A stretch of 38,049 bases of DNA, taken from positions 1-38,049 of the IMG/VR virus record IMGVR_UViG_2802429217_000005, one strand, 5' to 3'. A model generated the notes under the pieces. It was not told where the DNA came from and searched no databases. It worked only from the letters and a program-made list of their open reading frames with translations. Position 1 is the stretch's first letter; every line of letters starts with the position of its first letter. This document shows positions 33,936 to 38,049 of this stretch, one piece after another. This stretch comes from a virus. Lineage: Duplodnaviria; Heunggongvirae; Uroviricota; Caudoviricetes. Both the position numbers and the translations under genes were made by a program.

Positions 33936-36410
33936 ATGAGTAAAGTCTTTATTTGCGCCGCCATTCCTGACGAACAGGCAATTACGGAAGAAGGTGCAGT
34001 TGCTGTAGCCACTGCCATCGAAGCTGGTGACGAACGCCGCGCCCGTGCCAAATTTACCTGGCAATTCCTGGAGCAATATCCGGCTGCTCAGGACTGTGCT
34101 TATAAATTTCTTGTCTGCGAGGATAAACCCGGCATGGCCCGCCCTGCCCTTGGTTCCTGGGATACCGAATATATGCAGGAAAACCGCTGGGATGAGGGAT
34201 CGTCTTCCTTTGTCCCGGTCGAACCAGAGCCGAATACAGAAATTGTTAACTTTAATCAGTTATCCGACGACAAACAGGCCGCTGTTCTCGTTAAGTTTGG
34301 CGCACATGAAAACGTCACCGTGGATATGGTCATCAACGCAAGCGGGCTTCTTGGCGATGACGACATGATGACCTTTGACGGACACCTCGCAGAGGCAATT
34401 ATCCGGACTAAAGAAATTAACGCCATGTATCCGGAACGTCAGATTGAATACATCAACGATGCCAGACGTGATTTAAAACCAACCGCCAAATGGCCCGACG
34501 TTCAGGCATATTTTCTCGACCGTAAAAAACGCCAGGAAAAGGAGCGCAAAGAAGGTGGTGCATATACTTCTGTTGTTGATCTCGCCCGCGCCAGCGTCAA
34601 CCGGCAGAACACTGAAAACTCAGTAGCAAAAATCAACCCTGTCACTACTGCCATTCGTCGCGAATACAAGCAGACATGGAAAACACTGGATGATGAACTG
34701 GCCTACGCTCTGTGGCCTGGTGACATTGATGCCGGAAACATTGACGGCAGCATCCATCGCTGGGCAAAAAATGAAGTTATCGACAACGACCGCGAAGACT
34801 GGAAGCGTATCTCGGCATCAATGCGCAAACAACCTGATGCCCTTCGCTACGACCGCCAGACTATTTTTGGCCTTGTCCGTGAACGTCCGATCGACATTCA
34901 CAAAGACCCTGTGGCACTGAACAAATACATTACTGAATACCTGACTACAAAGGGCGTGTTTGAAGATGAAGGAAGAAATCAGAGCGCAACTGATACTCTC
35001 TCGTCGCCAGTACCAGAAACTGATGCAGTGGAAACGGCAATTCCGGACAACGAAAAAACCGAATGCAAAGTGGAAGTCGAACCATCTGTAGAGCGTGAGG
35101 GGCCGTTCTACTTCCTCTTCACCGACAAGGATGGCGAAAAATACGGTCGCGCAAACAAACTTTCTGGTCTGGATAAGGCACTGGCTGCCGGGGCTACTGA
35201 AATCACGAAAGAAGAATATTTCGCCCGCAAAAACGGTACATACTCAGGTTCACAACAAAATACTGGTGCATCTGATACGACCGCACAACCAGGGCCGGTA
35301 AAAGTTACCGCTGACGAAGTAAACAAAATTATGCAGGCAGCCAATATCAGCCAGCCTGACGCCGATGAACTGCTTGCAGTATCACGCGGTGAATTTGTTG
35401 CAGGGATTAGCGATCCGAATGATCCGAAATGGGTAAAGGGGATTGAAACCCGCGATTCTGTGAACCAGAACCAGCAAGAAACGGAACAGAACGATCAGAA
35501 AGCGGAACAAAACAGCCCAAATACGCAACAAAACGAGCCAGAAACGAAACAACCTGAACCAGTAGTGCAACAGGAACCGAAAAAGATCTGCACCGCCTGC
35601 GGTCAGAGCGGTGGCGGCAACTGCCATGATTGTGGTGCGCTGATGGGCGACGCAACATACCAGGAAACATTCGATGACAAGAACCAGGTTGAAGTTCAGG
35701 AAGACGATTCGGAGAAAATGGAAGGCGCTGAACATCCACACAAGGGGAATGCTGGCAGCGCTCAGGACCACGCCAGCGATAGTGAAACTGGCGAGAGGGC
35801 AGATCCCTTAATTACGGTGAACGGTCATCACGTTATCACATCCACCAGCAGGACGTGTGACCATCTAATGATCGACCTTGAAACCATGGGAAAAAATCCT
35901 GATGCCCCGATCATCTCAATAGGTGCAATATTTTTCGATCCGCAAACCGGAGATATGGGACCGGAATTTAGTAAGACTATCGATCTGGAAACTGCTGGCG
36001 GAGTCATTGATCGGGACACCATTAAATGGTGGCTTAAGCAATCACGCGAAGCGCAATCTGCCATTATGACCGATGAAATCCCGTTAGATGATGCACTGTT
36101 ACAATTGCGGGAATTTATCGACGAAAACTCCGGTGAATTTTTTGTTCAGGTTTGGGGAAATGGAGCCAACTTCGACAACACGATTTTGCGCCGTTCATAC
36201 GAACGGCAGGGGATCCCCTGCCCGTGGCGTTACTACAACGATCGCGATGTACGCACAATCGTTGAGCTGGGGAAAGCCATAGACTTCGATGCCAGAACGG
36301 CTATTCCATTCGAAGGTGAGCGCCATAATGCACTTGATGACGCCCGTTACCAGGCAAAATACGTTTCAGTTATCTGGCAAAAACTTATCCCGAGTCAGGC
36401 TGATTCTTAA
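33936..36410 (+). CDS. RecE-like exonuclease: large N-terminal region plus C-terminal DEDDh (DnaQ-like) 3'-5' exonuclease domain
   Basis: 824-aa ORF; central block LLAVSRGEFVAGISDPNDPKWVKGIETRD resembles RecE; C-terminus has LMIDLETMG, WGNGANFDNTIL and HNALDDARY (DEDDh-like); Cys cluster CTACGQSGGGNCHDCG. Confidence 0.7.
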   Translation: MSKVFICAAIPDEQAITEEGAVAVATAIEAGDERRARAKFTWQFLEQYPAAQDCAYKFLVCEDKPGMARPALGSWDTEYMQENRWDEGSSSFVPVEPEPNTEIVNFNQLSDDKQAAVLVKFGAHENVTVDMVINASGLLGDDDMMTFDGHLAEAIIRTKEINAMYPERQIEYINDARRDLKPTAKWPDVQAYFLDRKKRQEKERKEGGAYTSVVDLARASVNRQNTENSVAKINPVTTAIRREYKQTWKTLDDELAYALWPGDIDAGNIDGSIHRWAKNEVIDNDREDWKRISASMRKQPDALRYDRQTIFGLVRERPIDIHKDPVALNKYITEYLTTKGVFEDEGRNQSATDTLSSPVPETDAVETAIPDNEKTECKVEVEPSVEREGPFYFLFTDKDGEKYGRANKLSGLDKALAAGATEITKEEYFARKNGTYSGSQQNTGASDTTAQPGPVKVTADEVNKIMQAANISQPDADELLAVSRGEFVAGISDPNDPKWVKGIETRDSVNQNQQETEQNDQKAEQNSPNTQQNEPETKQPEPVVQQEPKKICTACGQSGGGNCHDCGALMGDATYQETFDDKNQVEVQEDDSEKMEGAEHPHKGNAGSAQDHASDSETGERADPLITVNGHHVITSTSRTCDHLMIDLETMGKNPDAPIISIGAIFFDPQTGDMGPEFSKTIDLETAGGVIDRDTIKWWLKQSREAQSAIMTDEIPLDDALLQLREFIDENSGEFFVQVWGNGANFDNTILRRSYERQGIPCPWRYYNDRDVRTIVELGKAIDFDARTAIPFEGERHNALDDARYQAKYVSVIWQKLIPSQADS

Positions 36411-36482
36411 TGTTCAACTGTCGCCGGTTGTGACTGGTATTCTGCAACCGGCGCTCGTCTGATGTAAGAGATAAAGAAATCG

Positions 36483-36734
36483 ATGAGCGAAGTAATCATG
36501 ATTGTCTCTCCCGGCAAATGGGTATCCGAAGAACAGTTAATTGCGCTGAAAGGAATAAAAAAAGGTACGTTAAAAAAGGCCCGGGAAAAATCGTTTATGG
36601 AAGGAAGGGAATATAAGCATGTCGCTCATGACGGTATGCCATGGGATAACAGTCCATGCTTTTACAACCTGGAAGAAATTGATCGCTGGATTGAGCGCCA
36701 GGCATCAGCGAGACCAAGACGTCATCTTACTTGA
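36483..36734 (+). CDS. xis: excisionase-like protein (DUF1233-type)
   Basis: 83-aa ORF immediately upstream of the integrase gene; pattern recalled as the excisionase-like family; start uncertain. Confidence 0.5.
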   Translation: MSEVIMIVSPGKWVSEEQLIALKGIKKGTLKKAREKSFMEGREYKHVAHDGMPWDNSPCFYNLEEIDRWIERQASARPRRHLT

Positions 36735-36753
36735 CTAAAAGCCACACTAACTA

Positions 36754-38049
36754 ATGAGAGAAGTTGAAATGAAATATCCGACAGGCGTGGAAAACCATGG
36801 AGGGAAATTACGTATCTGGTTTGTTTATAAAGGCGTAAGAGTCAGGGAAAATCTGGGGGTTCCTGACACAGCAAAAAACAGGCGCGTTGCAGGTGAACTA
36901 CGCTCCTCTGTTTGTTACGCAATAAAAACTGGTGTTTTCGACTATGCAAAACAGTTTCCCTCCTCACGCAATCTGGAAAAATTTGGTGAGGCCCGACAAG
37001 ATTTAACCATAAAAGAACTGGCTGAAAAATTTCTGGCACTGAAAGAAACTGAAGTCGCCAAAGCATCACTCAACACATACCGTGCCGTCATCAAAAATAT
37101 CCTGAGCATAATCGGTGAAAAAAATCTTGCCTCATCGATTAATAAAGAAAAATTACTGGAGGTTCGTAAAGAGCTACTGACTGGATACCAGATCCCCAAA
37201 AGTAACTATATTGTTACACAACCAGGGAGATCGGCTGTAACTGTAAATAATTACATGACAAATCTTAACGCCGTGTTCCAGTTTGGTGTTGATAACGGTT
37301 ACCTGGCAGATAATCCGTTTAAGGGGATCTCGCCATTAAAGGAATCAAGAACCATTCCTGATCCTCTTTCACGGGAGGAATTTATCCGTCTTATCGACGC
37401 CTGCAGAAATCAGCAGGCCAAAAATTTATGGTGTGTTTCTGTTTATACAGGCATTCGCCCTGGTGAACTGTGTGCGCTTGGGTGGGAGGACATAGATCTG
37501 AAAAATGGAACAATGATGATCAGGAGAAATTTAGCAAAAGATCGTTTTACGGTACCGAAAACACAGGCTGGTACCAATCGGGTAATTCACCTTATCAAGC
37601 CTGCAATCGACGCTCTCAGGAGTCAGATGACACTAACGAGGCTGAGCAAAGAACATATTATTGACGTTCACCTCAGAGAGTTCGGCAGAACAGAAAAACA
37701 AAAATGCACCTTTGTTTTTCAACCTGAAGTGTCAGCGAGAGTAAAAAATTATGGTGACCATTTTACCGTTGACTCAATAAGGCAGATGTGGGACGCAGCG
37801 ATAAAGCGCGCTGGCCTCCGCCACCGCAAATCATATCAGTCGAGACATACTTATGCCTGCTGGTCGTTGACAGCCGGTGCCAACCCGGCATTCATAGCAA
37901 ACCAGATGGGACATGCAGATGCGCAAATGGTGTTTCAGGTATACGGGAAATGGATGTCTGAAAACAATAATGCACAGGTAGCCCTGTTAAATACACAGCT
38001 AAGCGAGTTTGCCCCAACCATGCCCCAAAACGAGGTGGTGAAAAATTAA
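36754..38049 (+). CDS. int: tyrosine recombinase / phage integrase
   Basis: 431-aa ORF (possible true start at the ATG at 36769); C-terminal catalytic region with R...HxxR...Y-type motifs (HLIKPAIDALR, SRHTYACW, YGKWM); stop at the window end. Confidence 0.9.
   Translation: MREVEMKYPTGVENHGGKLRIWFVYKGVRVRENLGVPDTAKNRRVAGELRSSVCYAIKTGVFDYAKQFPSSRNLEKFGEARQDLTIKELAEKFLALKETEVAKASLNTYRAVIKNILSIIGEKNLASSINKEKLLEVRKELLTGYQIPKSNYIVTQPGRSAVTVNNYMTNLNAVFQFGVDNGYLADNPFKGISPLKESRTIPDPLSREEFIRLIDACRNQQAKNLWCVSVYTGIRPGELCALGWEDIDLKNGTMMIRRNLAKDRFTVPKTQAGTNRVIHLIKPAIDALRSQMTLTRLSKEHIIDVHLREFGRTEKQKCTFVFQPEVSARVKNYGDHFTVDSIRQMWDAAIKRAGLRHRKSYQSRHTYACWSLTAGANPAFIANQMGHADAQMVFQVYGKWMSENNNAQVALLNTQLSEFAPTMPQNEVVKN

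Noticed and set aside
1-38049. Insertion sequences or transposase genes
   Set aside because: No ORF with transposase-like motifs and no terminal inverted repeats flanking a transposase-sized ORF were seen; the only conspicuous flanking repeats are the 15-bp direct repeats around 24944-25959.

Overview
This window is a nearly complete lambda-like (cos-packaging) prophage of an enterobacterium, lying in reverse prophage orientation. No search was run; all family assignments are from reading the translations and recalling reference sequences. Left to right: partial tail gene L, then lambda-type tail and head genes on the minus strand (M, H, G/G-T with its GGGAAAG slippery site, V, U, Z, FII, FI, E, D, C/Nu3, B, W, A, Nu1), the cos site near 13.73 kb, plus-strand morons (DUF1398-like, Bor), a lysis cassette with a GH108-type endolysin and no recognisable spanins, an orphan DNA methyltransferase, a Q-like antiterminator with candidate pR'/tR', RusA, a DUF968 protein, a hokD-like toxin, a replication module with an iteron ori, a Cro/DicC-like and an S24 repressor pair, ydfA/ydfB, the DicF sRNA, a RecE-like exonuclease, an excisionase-like gene and a tyrosine integrase ending at the right edge. 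The best candidate for an undescribed system is a visibly AT-rich two-gene operon (small soluble protein plus 3-TM membrane protein, 24944-25959) bracketed by perfect 15-bp direct repeats. Other unexplained accessory loci are a membrane protein encoded antisense inside the ydfAB-dicF operon, a membrane protein plus small winged-helix gene just downstream of tR', and a TM-anchored 230-aa protein. No CRISPR array, tRNA, rRNA or transposase was recognised.
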